From: Podarcis filfolensis
Lineage: Eukaryota
DNA length: 64,000 nt
Direction: 5' to 3' (one strand)
NCBI GenBank assembly: GCA_964270895.1
Contig: OZ185436.1
The position numbers and the translations under genes are program-made. Position 1 is the stretch's first letter; each line of letters opens with the position of its first letter. This document shows positions 50,785-64,000 of this stretch, in pieces. Below the pieces are notes generated by a model. The model made no database searches and had not been told where the DNA came from. It saw only the letters and a program-made list of their open reading frames with translations.

Positions 50785-51582
50785 TGCACCAAGATCCCTG
50801 TTTAGGGCAAGTCTTCTTTGGTGAGAGAACCACAGTCGAGATTTAAAATCACAAAATATGCAGCAAAGTAAAGCGTGGAAATATAGGTTGTTGAACCTTC
50901 AAAATACGCTCCTCCAAGTGAATTGCAAAATGTCCCCTTAAAAAATTTCTTTCCAAAGTTTTCTAATCCCTCAGCATAGGAAAAAGACCACATGCTTGGT
51001 ATGTTAAAAATTGGTTTACTTACAAACTCTTCAAAGGTCAGGTTCATGTGCTGCAGAAAAAGTTGCCCAGGCAGTAGCTAGCTTAGCTAGAAGTGGTAAA
51101 AATTCCTAGTTTATTGGTATGGGAACTCAAGAGAGGCTTGTTAAAACTATGTGGCTGGAAGGAGCAGCTCAGAGCTCACACACTGAAGTTCACATGTAGA
51201 CTGGAGGAGAATAAAGCTTGATTACCTAGCTCCTCCAAAGGTGAGGGGAAGTGGACATAGCTAAGCCTGGCAGCTTACTTTATTGTATTAACTCTGTCAC
51301 GTGTGACTTAAGCATGATGGTCATACGAGTCTGGTTATCCCACAATCCAGAGATACGGTTAAGTTAAAAATACATTTTTTTAATATATACGTGTAAACAC
51401 ACACAGAAATAATGGTCTGGAAAGCATAAAAAGAAAATCTAGAGTGAGTCTGGAATCCAGGCAATGGGCAAAGATATCAACTGCTACCTTTGTATTAAAT
51501 GGCAAGAAGCAATAGAACTGAATTCCAGCCCCCATTTTGCTAGTGCCTCACTCCAAATAAGCTAGCTCAGTTCATGTAGATA

Positions 51583-51823
51583 CAGTGGTACCTCGGTTTG
51601 CAAACACTTTGGGTTACAAACACTTCAGGTTACAAACTCCACTAACCTGGAAGTAGTTGCTCCGGGTTGCGAACTTTGCCCCAGGATGAGAATGGAAATC
51701 ATGTGCCAGCGGCGCGGTGGCAATGGGAGGCCCCATTAGTGAAAGCACGCCTCAGGTTAAGAACGGTTTCAGTTAGGAACAGACCTCTGGAACAAATTAA
51801 GTTTGCAACCCTAGGTACCGCTA
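51583..51823. mobile_element. TcMar MITE (same subfamily as 8215)
   Basis: TA|cagtggtacctcgg; internal ctggaagtagttgctcc...actttgccccaggatg; degenerate right TIR. Confidence 0.85.
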
Positions 51824-52027
51824 TATTAAAAAACAAAATGGGGGACAAGCCAAAACCCTGTGGGACATCATAGTGTAAAGGTTATGACATCAAACCATAC
51901 CCCCCCCCCCGGCAACCTGACAGGCCCCGAACCACTGCAATACACAATGCCTGAAAGGCTCCACCCAACCAGGCAGAATAATATAACAATCTATGGTATT
52001 TAAAGCAGCTGAGAGGCCTTAAAGGTC

Positions 52028-52210
52028 AAAAGAACATCAGAAGAGCCTACAGGATCAGGCCAGTGGTCATCTAGTCAAGCATCCTGTTCGCACAGTGACC
52101 AACTAGATGCCTATGGCAAGCCCCAAAGCAGGAACTGAGGGCAACAACACTTCTATGGTTACCACCAACTGGTATTCAAAGACAGACAAGCGCCAACACT
52201 GGCGTTAGAT
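52028..52210 (-). mobile_element. Old CR1-type 3'UTR remnant
   Basis: aagaacatcagaagagcc...ggatcaggccagtggtcatctagtcaagcatcctgtt pattern. Confidence 0.5.
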
Positions 52211-55200
52211 TTTAGCTAATCAGCCACAGTGGTCAGTCTTAGTCCCATATCCCGGCCAAAAGCCCAATGGAAATAGGTCTAGATAATCATTAACTGTGAT
52301 ATGTCCGGAGTTGTGAGACCACCACCATATATTTCGGCTTAGATTATGTGATCCTAATGACACTTCTATGAAAGCTCTGAACTTCCTAGAATATCACCTG
52401 CAGGTGATGTTTTAATTTCTTCGGAACGATTTGCTTTGGCCATCCTTACATTATGGTCACGACGTTCAGTCACGGTATCTTCCTGTTTCCCATCTTTAGA
52501 AGGTGGCTGCCTCTCTATTTCTTAGATATGTATAGCACACCATTCTTCTCAAATGTGAATAAATGTTCCATTGCTATTTCTGGGCGAACCCTTTCCTACC
52601 CATCTTCTAGCAATCCTAATTTATTGCTGTTTTCAATTATGTTACTTAAAATCTGGAGCTGTCTTTAAAGTTGTTTTGTTTTGTTTTTGAAATTTGCATT
52701 GCATTTCTTGCGTTGTTTCCTTTTAGTTAGGAAATGTAAATTGCTTTGAGATTTCTGTTGAAATGTGAAGCGGTGTGTAAAATTAAATAAATATTATTTC
52801 TAAAACTGACATCTGCTTTCACTTCCTCAATCAGAGGCTGAAAGTTATATACAGGCAACTCCCCATTCACGTGCATTCAATATGTGTGTGACTGCGCATA
52901 CATGCATTGTGCCCAGCCCTGAAGTGACTCAAAAATACCACAAAAACATCACAGAAAGGGGTGGGGTGGGCGGAATGGAGTGTTTGCACACTTTTTCAAA
53001 TATACGTGTTTTCACTTAAACGCATGTGGTGCCTTGAACCCCCACATAAATTTGGAGTTGCCTGCATGCATATGAAACTCATTTGCTAAATTCATACCAT
53101 CTAACATTTTGAGGCCAATCTTGCACTGCACATTGCCCTTGGTGTGCCACAACAATCTATTGATTGCACAGAATGAGATGCATGGGGAAGGTTTAATGTT
53201 ATAATTCAATGTTGTGTAAAAGTATTGCAAGCTTTAGAAGTTTGGGATAAGGTTTCACTCTTATGTGAATGGGGCTAAGTTCTTCCATGCCCTAGTTAGA
53301 TGGATCGTCACCTGTGGTGCCTTAAGAACAAAAGGTTACCAAGGCTGTTGATATAATTAAAAGTTCATTTAGTCCTGCCCTGAGGAAGTAGATAGATGTG
53401 TGGCTCTTAAAATTGGATTTCCACAAGAGAATGCAACCCCACACTGGTTGCAGCCCAAACCTCAGCAGGGTGTGTGCATTTGCTGCTGTGTTCACTGGAG
53501 TTGTTAGTCTGGAGCAGTTCTGAATTCCTATGCCTTCAGAATCACAATGCGAACTTGCATACTATGGCTTCCATATGGAGGAATCTCTCCTTGGCAGCTG
53601 TTACCACAGCGTGCCTAGTTCATGTGCAGCAATTTGCCACATGGATCAAGCAGTCTTCATACCCCGTCAAACATCCGGAAAGCAAGATGGTATGAGCATT
53701 GCCAAATCTGCATGTTGAGCCACTGTACACAAATGATTTCAAGTGCCATATACATGTTGGTCATTGTATGCAAACCAGGCCTTAGAGCCTGCCTTTAGAC
53801 ATCTTGAAACAAGTTTATATATGGTCATTTCCCCCCATGTTAAACTCTTGGCAATGATGGCAGAACCCTGCAGATAATATCTGGGTGGAGTGGTGATGGA
53901 GAGGGGTTATATTTTGTGGGACAGGGATATTTAATGCTTATTGTGAACATTCAAGATGAGCTGGTTATGAAGTATTGCTTATGTGATGCTCCATTGACTG
54001 TGCTTGCAACATAGAACAGGAGTTAAGTAAAGATATATTATTTCATGGCAGGTGAGTTGAGCATTCGTAATGAATGACCCACATTATATTTAGGATAAGT
54101 CTATTGATTTCAGTGGAAGCACATGGAAGAAACCAGTTTCATCTATAGCTGGGTGTAGTATATGGTAAGTCCTTTATGAATTGAGAGACACGGTCAGCAA
54201 TAATGTTTTAGGGAAAAGTTATACACTATGGGGTAGCTATCCTAAACATTTCCAGTACATAATCTATGAACCACTACATCAGCATGCATTATTGTGTATA
54301 ATGGTCTCCCAAAGTCTGATGAGAGCTACTAGTGAGTCAGTTTGTCCAGTCTCTGTGAATAAATAAATACAAATCTTTAATGTAAGTATAACTCTTATTA
54401 TTCAGTGGGACCATGAAAACAAAGAAACAGCCTGGAAGCTCTATAATATATAGTTTCTTTTTTAAAAAAAGTGCCTTTGGGTCCCTCCAGCCCCATGTAT
54501 AAGATCACAGTCTGGGTTTATTATGATACTGTAAACAGAGGAAGTGGTCTGTCTATTCAGCTAATAACTACGAACAGCTGGCTGTCTAGTGTCCCCTGAT
54601 GCAAGTAAAGCTGGAAACAAAAAATAAATAACTTATGTCCGATTTCCATCCTGTATGGGGCCACCATTTTGTACGTTCCCATCCACCGCCATTAAACTTT
54701 ATGTGTCCTTGTAGTGTTGTATCATGCTGGCTAGAACAGCTATAGTGGGAAGATTGCATGAACTTGCGAAATTGCTTACTGAACAGCCTTTAACACAGAT
54801 CACAATGCTCAAACTATTAACCTGATAATATATCAGCAGCCCTTCACCAACACCATAGACTGATACATGACTTCCTTTAATTTAGCTCTTTTGGTAATTT
54901 CATTTGTTGATGTTCTTATTATTATCCCTACTGTATCTTTTCTCCAACATAATTATTCCATTACATTGCCTCACTGTGGGTTTTCCTTATGCTGTAGCCT
55001 CCTTTCTTACTGTAGATGAAGAATATGCCCTTTTTTCAAAAGTTGGAATTTATTTGGGGCAAAACAACCTCTCAAATAATTAGCAGGAGATGCAGATGCA
55101 AGGAGACTTTTTTCTTGGAATCCTATTAACGTTAACATTCAAATTCTAAAGTAAAGTGTGAGGGAAAAGTGAAGCTTCTGTTGTGCTGTCCAACCCCCAC

Positions 55201-56843
55201 TACTGACAACATCTTTGACTTTAGAAGAAACTAAATTGCAAAACTGACACTTCCCTCACCATCTAGAATATTATCGCTTGGTATGGAGAGCTATTGCTGT
55301 GTTAGTTCTCTGAGCAAGGTGTAGAACAGGCAATGTTATGCACCAAATAAAGTGCCTTTTTATTTGATCTTATTTGATTCTGCTGATTTTCTCATTGTTG
55401 TACATTCCTGCTGTGTGGTGTATATATTTTTTTAAAATCTTGATTGTTGTTTCTATTTTTATCACTCTGTGAATTGTACAAGCCACCTGGAAAGCTAGGG
55501 TGAGCCCTATGTAAGTAAAGACAGCTCATTTTCAAACAAAATTCAATCTGCCAAACCCCAAAGAAGGGCACATTTGATGTACTGGTTAGAGTGACAGACC
55601 CTTGTTGATATTCCTCCTCAGCAATTGGGAGTAGAACCAGGCAATGTCTGCTTCTGTGTGTGGCTTCCCCATGTGGTGAACTGCTAGAACTTCAGCTGAG
55701 AACATCTTCCTGGTAGTGAAGTATTTTTCATAGTCTACATTGCCCCCCACCCCACCCAGGGTGGCACTGGACCCTCCTGGAGAGGGTAATAAAAGGTGTG
55801 TTGTTTTTTTAATTGTGGCAGGGCAAGTCTTCTTGACTTTGATGTGTTTCCATGGATTCCTTGAATGTGACTCACTGGTTCAGCTCCTGACCTGAAAGAT
55901 GGTTATGGGTTCAGTCTTGACAGCCATGAAGCTCACTGGGTGGGCCAGTCTCTCAGTCTCCCTAATCTACTTCCTAGGGCAGTTTGGGAGGGAGGGAGGG
56001 AGCTGCTCTAACCTACCCACCCCACCCCTGCAGACTGCCATTCGCCAACAGTGAAAAATATATGGATACTAATATCTGTTGCTGATTTAGATTGGAAAAA
56101 TGAGGAGGAGGGAAGGGCTGAAGTTTTCCTTTCTCCTATGTACCTATAAAAGCAGCTAGGAGATCTGTGGCTTACTTATTTTTCATCATTTGTCGGATTT
56201 ATTTGCAAATTCATTCAGCATGAATATATGTTATAGGGTATTCAGATTTGCCACCACATATTAGTTTATAGACTGGAGAGAAGGCAAGAGTAACCAAATT
56301 GTAGCACACACGGTACTATAACCTTTTCTCCCTCTGTAGATTTAAGAAATACTTGCATCCCATTAAATGTAGCAGTTCAGGTTTTTTATAATTGTAAAGG
56401 GAATCGGTTTAGACGAATGCTGTAGTTTTGATCATAATATGCCCTTTAGAAAATGGGAGCTGATAAATGACTTCAGAATGATATATGATATCTGGTAAAA
56501 CCATTTGAAAAGGGAACAGTGGCAATGAATCACACTTTTCAGCGGTGTGGTTGCAAATATTGAATGTAAAGCGGCACATTTCCCCTCGCATTCAGAATCA
56601 GTGTCCTTTGCTGGATTTTCCTTCCCTGTTTGTTTCATTATTTCATTTTTATTTCAAGAGAATGGTTATCTGTTTTCTGTAGCAGTTGTTGCTGAGCTCC
56701 ATAGCTTACTTAAACAGACTGCCTACCAATTATATTTTGCTTAGAGAAATTTATCTGAGGTGATTTAACACATGTAAACTTGGAGGGGTGCACCTCATGT
56801 GGATATATATGGGTACCATATTGTGGATGGAATTATAAATCAA

Positions 56844-56847
<4 letters not shown>

Positions 56848-56898
<51 letters not shown>
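56848..56898. repeat. (CT)n microsatellite
   Basis: Directly visible in the sequence. Confidence 0.97.
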
Positions 56899-56902
<4 letters not shown>

Positions 56903-59900
56903 ATGGCAGACTTTGGTCATTTTCACTAATGGTCTATAATTAAGTAAACAAGATGGGGCTCCAAGCAGTCAGAATAATTTTGTCTCCTGAAAAGAAACCA
57001 CTTTCTCTAGAAAACACAGATTCCCTAGCTTGAGCTTTGACCTTTAGGTCTGGGCAGGAGAGCAGTGAAGTACAGAAGAGGAATGTGACCCTGGGCCAGC
57101 CCCACCTACCCAAACTGCCTTTGGTTTTTTGGATTCTGGTCACTGTTGCTCTGAGCCCTTGGGATTGTCAGTGCATCAAATAAATAATTTTGTGTGCAGA
57201 ATCTTTGTTATTCTTGCCATGTAATTGCTTCCTTTTCACAGAATTTGTGGGTTTGATACACAAAGACAGAGCAGCCTTTGTACTAAGGTACTCCCTGGTA
57301 TACTGGGTATGGCCTAGCTTTTAGTGTTTTTATTTTCTCTAAGTCTGAGGGGGAAAAACCTATTGCCAATCTGTTGTTGGTGTTTAACAGTAATGATACC
57401 CTTTGAGCTATCCTTTGATCCAGCCTAACTTTTCAAAGAGCTCGAGTAAACAGGCAGATGTTTTGAGTACTCATGTTTTAGCTATAGCTTTGCACTCCAG
57501 TAATGTTCCTTTCTATTATTATTATTTCTTTTAAAATAATTTGCATTGAAAAATAATGCAGGATTCAGCAGGTGACTCACTGCAGTCTGTGCTGTGCTCC
57601 TGTTTTCTTGTCGCCAACAGTGTTTGAAATGAAGCAGTTGCAATCCAAATGCAAGGGGTCTTCAGAGGAGATTGTGGCAGACTTGTATGTGGGTGGCGCC
57701 TTCACTTACTCTGCCAATAATTAAACACTTTAATTAGAATTTTTCAGTCAAAAACCTGGATACCTCACAACTAAACAAACAAAAAAAACCTGCAAAGTTT
57801 CCATTAATTTACAAGGCATGTCAATCTATAACTAACGATTTCCATCAGACAGTTCTTAATGGAAGTTAAAATTCAATGTCAGCTAGTTCCCCCTTAGATT
57901 TGAACTAGGATCAGTTATAGAATGATGTGTTCATTCTGGTGTTTCCTAATTTTGGACAGGACAAACATTAAACACCCTCCCTCCGACCCTCCTGATGGAA
58001 TCCAGATTTCTGAATGCTTATGGGATGGCATCATTAATACCTTAAGGAAATGAATTTACAGCTGGCTTCAGTTACAGACAGCAGTTTCCCTCCTCAGAAG
58101 CATAATTTCTTGTGAAATATTTGTATTTACATAATATCCTATTCAACTTGCTTACTTGTAAATCATGTTGTTATATGGGCAGTTATAACTATCAGCCCAT
58201 AGTTCCTAAAAGAGGAAGTCCAATAAAATAAAACTTTTTATTTTACAGCTTATTTAGGTTGCAGTCCTGTCCACATTTACTTGGAAGAAAGCCCCACTGA
58301 ACTTGATGGGACTTACTACTGAGCAGGCAGGCATAAGAGCCATCCCATCTACATACATTAAACTATGTGATCTCCCCTGTGTACCCCTGCCCCTCTCTAG
58401 TGGCCCCGGTCTTCTGTATGTGGACCCAGGAGATTATTGGGATTTGTAATTGTTGAGAGTATGTGAGTGAGTACTGTGACTACCTTAACCAGAAAGCATA
58501 GACTCAAAATGCCAACATACAGGGTTGTATCCAATAAAGTCGTTACAGGTGAACATCCCCTTCCTCTCCCACCCCCACCCCCCCATGTAACTCATGAATT
58601 CTAAAATCTGCTTTGTGGGGTTAGGGAAAACCCCAGGGATGATTGGGAGGGCACAAAGGGGAGAGAGAAAGGGAGCAGAGAAAGGAGGGTGTTCCATTGC
58701 GGAAGCAGAAGTTGTTCCACTCAAGCAATGACTTCGTTGCATGCAACAACACATTTTTTTGAGAATGCTCACATTCATTTTTCCATAGTTAAAAATGAAA
58801 GGAAATGCAGTATTCAGAAAAGATAAGATATATCATGTTGGGAGAAAAAGTAGTTCTCTCCTTTCTGTATTGTGATGTAGCTTTATCGGTTGCTTTTGCA
58901 TCAAATGTTACCTGTGATTTGTAGCTTGAATTACATTTATTTCAGGTTTTCCTCCCATCACTGTGGCTTCCCTTTTCCGAGTGTTGTTCTTCTGTTTTCA
59001 TCCATGTTTCCTTCTTTTCCTGTGGATATCCATTGAGGAAATTACCGAAAAACAGGAAAAAGCTGTGTCTGGGAACTTGCAGGGTTGTCAAAATGTATTT
59101 TTAAAAATAAGTTCCTAAATTCATGGTGATTCTACCATTTTGAGCTCAAACTCAAATCAGGGGAAGTTGTGATTTCCACATATTTGCAAACGATGGATTA
59201 GAACTCTGCAGGACAGGCACCATGTCAGATTTTATCGATGGGGGTGAGGAGAGCAAAAAACATCCAGGGACAGGAATATTCTCAACAAGGATTAAAGGCT
59301 GACTCTTGGTTGCGTTGAACAGTAGGCTTCAAAAAGTAGTGTTTTTTAAAAGCATGTCTTATGGCTGATACATAGCAACGTTATCAACACCGTGATTTGT
59401 GCATTTGGCATGCGCACCTGGCACATGGATCCATTCCATTGTTATGGTAATAGTTGCTCAGTGTATAAATTCAGAGAATTGGCTAGAACTCTTGGCACCC
59501 CTGAAGAATAATTTAATGGGATTCTGAAGCCTGGGATAAGGCCCTCCTCTTTTCTCTCACTCCCACTTTCAGCAGTGGATTGTGTGAGTGGACTCCTCAA
59601 TGCTGTCAGTGCATGAGAGACCGTTTCCTCTTCCTGCTCAATTCCTCTTTGCATTAGCTCACCCTCTGCTTTATTGACTGCTCCCTTTACTGTGACCCTG
59701 AGATGCGCAAAGATATATACTGTCACTTGCAGTGGTGTACCTAGAGGATGGTCAGGTTGGCCCCTGCCAAGGGCCCAGGTCCGGGGGGGGGGCACAAAAA
59801 CTGCACCTCTCTGCACTGGCTTGGAGGGACTAGGAGTCCATCCGCCTGCTCTGTGGGCTGCTCCCCGGCTGCTTTGGGCACCTGGTGTGCTGGTTCCTCT

Positions 59901-60704
59901 GGGTGCCTAGACAAAAGAATCTGGCTGCTGTTGTAGGCCGTCGCAGCAGCCCTGCTGGGCCCCCTCCCCAATTGACCAGTGGTGCTATTAGAAGTGTGAG
60001 TGGAGCATCAGGAGAGGCTTAGAGGGAAGAAAGAGAGAGAGAGAGGAGGAAAATAGAAGGGAGGGAGAAAGGAAGCAGAAGGGATAGCAGTAGATAGAGG
60101 CAGAAAGGCAGGCAAGTAGACGACAGAGGAGGGGAGGCAGACCCAACCCCAATGGCCGCAGAGGAAATCACTGGTGGAACGCAAAAGGCGATGAAAGCAA
60201 ACTTTCTGAGTTTCTGGTCATGGTCTCTCCTGGTTTTGGAGACACCAATACATCTCCTTGTCTAGGCACGCCTCTGGTCAAGTGTAATCTACTGTGATTC
60301 CGAAAGGTTTTTGCAACTTGCTCCCCCTCATCTTTTGCCCTCTTCATTCAAAAAAGAAAAAGCCTATATCCACATTTGTGACTTGGTCATATCTTCTTCG
60401 GCCACGTCTGCTTTCATGTGTTGCCCTAACCCTGCAAATGTTGCTCGTGGGTCAATGTGGCAGCAATGTATAGTTGATTGGTTTGTTAGAGTAATGCATT
60501 AAATATTCCTGATCAACTAAAAAAGGTGCCATCAAATGAGCAGTACTATTTAATGCAAGTACATGTACGTACCAATACGTGTGAGAAAAGGGGGAATTCC
60601 TCTTCTCAGATGATGCCTCTTGTACTTGTGTGCATCATGAAAAAGAAAGTATGCATTTTTCTTTCTTTAGAACAGTTGTAAAAAATTGTGTTTGACAGAT
60701 TAAT

Positions 60705-61015
60705 AGTGTGATATAATGGTTAGAGCAGGGACCGGAAACCTGTGGCTCTCCAGGTGCTGCTAGAGTACAGCGGTCATAATCACTTACCGTTGGCTATGCT
60801 GGCCAACTCCAACTACAAATGGAGGGCCACAGGTTCCCCATTGCTGAGTTAGACATGGTCTGGGGAGATCCAAGTTCGAGTCTCCACTCAGTCATGAGTA
60901 TCTCTCAGCCGAAGCTTCAGGGCTGTTCTGATGGTAAAGTGGAAGGAGAAGAACCATGTGTGCTGCCCTAAGTTCACTGGAGGAAAGGCAGAAGATAAAT
61001 GTTACAAGGAAATAA
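60705..61015 (+). mobile_element. Old tRNA-SINE interrupted in its head by a degenerate hAT MITE (60726-60846)
   Basis: tgtgatataatggttagag|cagggaccggaaacctgtggc...gccacaggttccccattgctg|agttagac...ccaagttcgagtctcc. Confidence 0.6.
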
Positions 61016-63746
61016 TTAAGTTGTTATCTGTTTAATCTGATGACTACCTTAGTGATATTGCCTGTAGTTCTGTAGCTGACTTCCTTGGCCTATTTCAGTT
61101 TCTATGCTGGCCTGTATTATGTTACAGGGGCCAAACATAGTAATTACAGATAAGCAAGATATACCTTGGATTAGATAATGTTTACTTTTTGGTTAAAAGA
61201 CGCAGAATTGAGAGCAAGTGGGCTGGTTGGCAGACATGTCTCCTCAGCTCCTGACCTTTGTGAACATGACAAATGTTTAAAAATCACATGTGATTTCACT
61301 ACAGCACAGCCTACTTAATGGCTCTAGCCTGAAATGAGTTCTTATCTGAAATCTCTTGACTGTGTGACAGTGGCTAACCCTTATGAATAATATTATAGGG
61401 CCACTGTTGTTGGAGAGAACAGAACAGGCTGTTTTCATGTTTTCAAAACTGATATAATGGGGCAAATTTTCACCAACAGTAGCTAATGATGCACTGAATG
61501 AATTGAATGAATTGAAATGAATGAGTTTAAACGAATTCGAACAACTCCTATATCTAAATTTTTCAACTAGATTTAATTTATTCTGCCTGTCCAATATATT
61601 TAAAGACCCAGTAAAATTGGAAGTACTTTGAGTGTACTCACTCCCCATTATAACTGAATTCTCTCCCACCCCCCACCCCCTTTAGGTTAGTCTCTAGTTC
61701 TGCTTCCGACTTCTCTGTTTCCAAACTCTGGAGCAGCAGCAACAACAACAACAAAAAACCTAAATAAACAAACAAAATCCTGGGACAAGATATTGCTACA
61801 TAATTTACCATCTGTTTCTGGTTTCTGACAGTCTGCTAGGCTCCACAGAATCTGGATGAAATGTACTCCTGAAAGGATTTGTATTTGAGCTGGAGATGAG
61901 GATTTTTCAAAACCAAGTTGAAAGCAGTTAGCATAAGCACCCTTCCAACACATCATTTCCACGTCAAATTCTCTTTCATCTTTTTTTGAGCACTAACTCA
62001 CCTATCCCCAGTTAGATCATACCAAAATACATTAGACCAATGATATAGAGACCATTAATTTAATTATTTATTAAGGAATGTCTACATTGCTTTGGCCAAA
62101 AATTGGCCAAGACTTGCCTTGAAAAATAACAAATGGCTCCTGGTAGGTTTCATCACCACTACATGGTCTGTAAGGTACATGTTTCTAATTTGGTTCCATC
62201 CTTGACAGATGATGAAATATAAGAAGACTCCATTTACTAATGAAGCAAAGCCAGATGGGTGGGGGGGAGAAATGAACGCGAAAGCAATAGAAAGCTTTAT
62301 TTACAAACCCGTTCATTAATTGCTTAGAGCAGTTGTCTCTCTTGTCTAAGTAGAATTTCAGACCCAAACCCCATTCTTATGGGTATTCTATTAGAAGAAG
62401 CAAGGGAGAGAATGTCAGTGGTTTGTTACTTCCTCATGCAAGACCGCAGCAGCCATTTTGTGGCATAGCTAAGGCATAATCACTTAAAGATTTATAAGCA
62501 GTACTTAAGTATGCCAGTCTCCAAGAGTAGTCCTCTGGAGGAATATAGATTGAACCCTGGGTTTAGACAGAAGTATATGTGTATCTATTAGGCACTGAAA
62601 CACTTCCCCAGATTTTTCTTACTCACCAGTTTGTGGAGTAGTGCATTAGCTGTAATAGGAGAACTCACTGAACTGTAACACGTACCTTAATCGAAGTAAA
62701 GGCTTCGACAATAAATTGTACGCAATGCATTAATTAGCAAAATGGAATGGAATTATTTTGAAGGCATTGGAACAAAAATCCTGGCTTCCCTGTTATTATC
62801 AATCGTTGTCTGAATGATATGCTTAGCAGCAGACACATTGGCTGAGCCAGGCAAGTGCTGTTTGGAGAGAGGATGCTCGATTTTAAATATTAGCTTTAGA
62901 TTTGGTTTCTAAGAAGAATGTGCTCATGAATAGTTGTGTTGAGATTAGGGAGAGCTAATTTGTATACGGCTGCACTATATGGTAACAAATTTCTCATGCC
63001 CCTCGCAATGATGAAATGTTTCTCCTGTTCCTAAATTTTATTTTCTTTAGACCCATTTATCAGGATATTTAAAAACCTCTGAAGCAATTTATCACAATGT
63101 AATCAAAGTAATATCAGAGTGACTCCTAGAGGAGAATGAAATAACACCATGCTCTTCTGTAAAATGCTACATAACACAAAAAATGGTGGACTTCTCAGAC
63201 TTCTACGGAAATAAGGATAGGATCCAGCCGAATAGCTTTAAATTTTGCTAGCTGCTAATTTGTTAGGTTCCCTCTCCCCAGGCAGTTTTGGAAACTGGCC
63301 CTTGAGACAGTCAGAAAGCTGCTTCTCTTTCCCTGGGTCTAAACAGCTTTTCAAGCAGGGGGAAAAATGAATTGGCTTAAGAACAGAAGTGCCAAATAGC
63401 CAGGTGTCAGGGAGGAGGAAGGGATTAACCAGAAAATCAGTTTCAGTCAACCCTGGATCCAGTCAAGCATGGGTGGTGTTACAGAAGCAATGGGTGGGGA
63501 GAGGAATGGAGCCTCCTAAATTTATGAAAACCCCGTGGGGTTCTAAAAGCAGGAGTTACCATGAAATAGACAAGAGCCCCTTTCAGTATTAGCACCTGTG
63601 TTTCATTGTAGAACAGATGTCTGTAAGGAGGAGGTCTTTGCCCGTATAGCTGTACGCCCAAATGTTTCCACAGAATCTGGCACATCCCATTGTTCAGTGT
63701 ATGTCAGGGGACAAGCAGAACATCAGCATAGCGCTTGGTACAGGGA

Positions 63747-63790
63747 GCAGCAGCAGCAGCAGCAACAACAACAACAACAACAACAACACA
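63747..63790. repeat. (CAG)n(CAA)n trinucleotide repeat
   Basis: Directly visible in the sequence. Confidence 0.95.
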
Positions 63791-63924
63791 ACAACATGGG
63801 AGTTAGCAGCATCTGAAGGGGGCTCTTGTTGCTTCATCTATGTAAGAGTTGCTTTTTTTATTGTATTTATTTCCTTTGTATCCCACACTTTTCTCCAAGG
63901 AGCCTAAGGTGCCATATGTGGTTC

Positions 63925-64000
63925 TTCCCCTCCTCGTTCAATCCCCACAACAACCCTGTGTGGTAGGTTAGGCTGGGAGGCAATGACTGGCCCAAGGTCA
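63925..64000 (-). mobile_element. tRNA-SINE fragment, truncated by the window end
   Basis: ccccacaacaaccctgtg...aggttaggctg...gactggcccaaggtca. Confidence 0.7.

Noticed and set aside
52350-52520. Charged open frame on the minus strand ending at CAG|gtgata
   Set aside because: No polypyrimidine acceptor and no neighbouring compatible exons.
59442-59816. Acidic coding-like minus-strand ORF
   Set aside because: Partly MITE-derived, no recognisable homology and no convincing donor.
61277-61669. ORF containing NILDRQ, reminiscent of human CFAP92
   Set aside because: Low-complexity AT-rich DNA, no splice sites and the wrong location; treated as coincidence.
63005-63085. Box C (ATGATGA) to box D (CTGA) spacing suggesting a snoRNA
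   Set aside because: No terminal stem, no internal C'/D' boxes and no obvious guide sequence.

Overview
Vertebrate genomic DNA. The repeat landscape (Bov-B, CR1, L2 with ATT tails, tRNA-derived SINEs, TcMar and hAT MITEs) suggests a squamate, probably a lacertid lizard; this is inference. Most ORFs in the supplied track are chance or repeat-derived. Two protein-coding genes lie head-to-head, each with its own CpG island about 10 kb apart. (1) CFAP92/KIAA1257 is on the minus strand, with phase-compatible exons at 20621-20646, 17213-17472, 16097-16290, 9633-9840, 8564-8689 and probably 4725-4827; it is incomplete and continues past base 1. (2) EFCC1/CCDC48 is on the plus strand, with exons at 30833-31654 and 34251-34660, followed by a large intron; no further exon was confidently found. 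Gene identities come from my recollection of the human proteins, not from a database search. I found no convincing new biological system. The best leads are an in-frame 63-nt cassette-exon candidate in CFAP92, overlapping uORFs at both start codons, a MITE carrying a 154-bp tandem array, an LTR-like family with a nested CR1, hAT MITEs nested in SINEs, and inverted repeat pairs inside introns.
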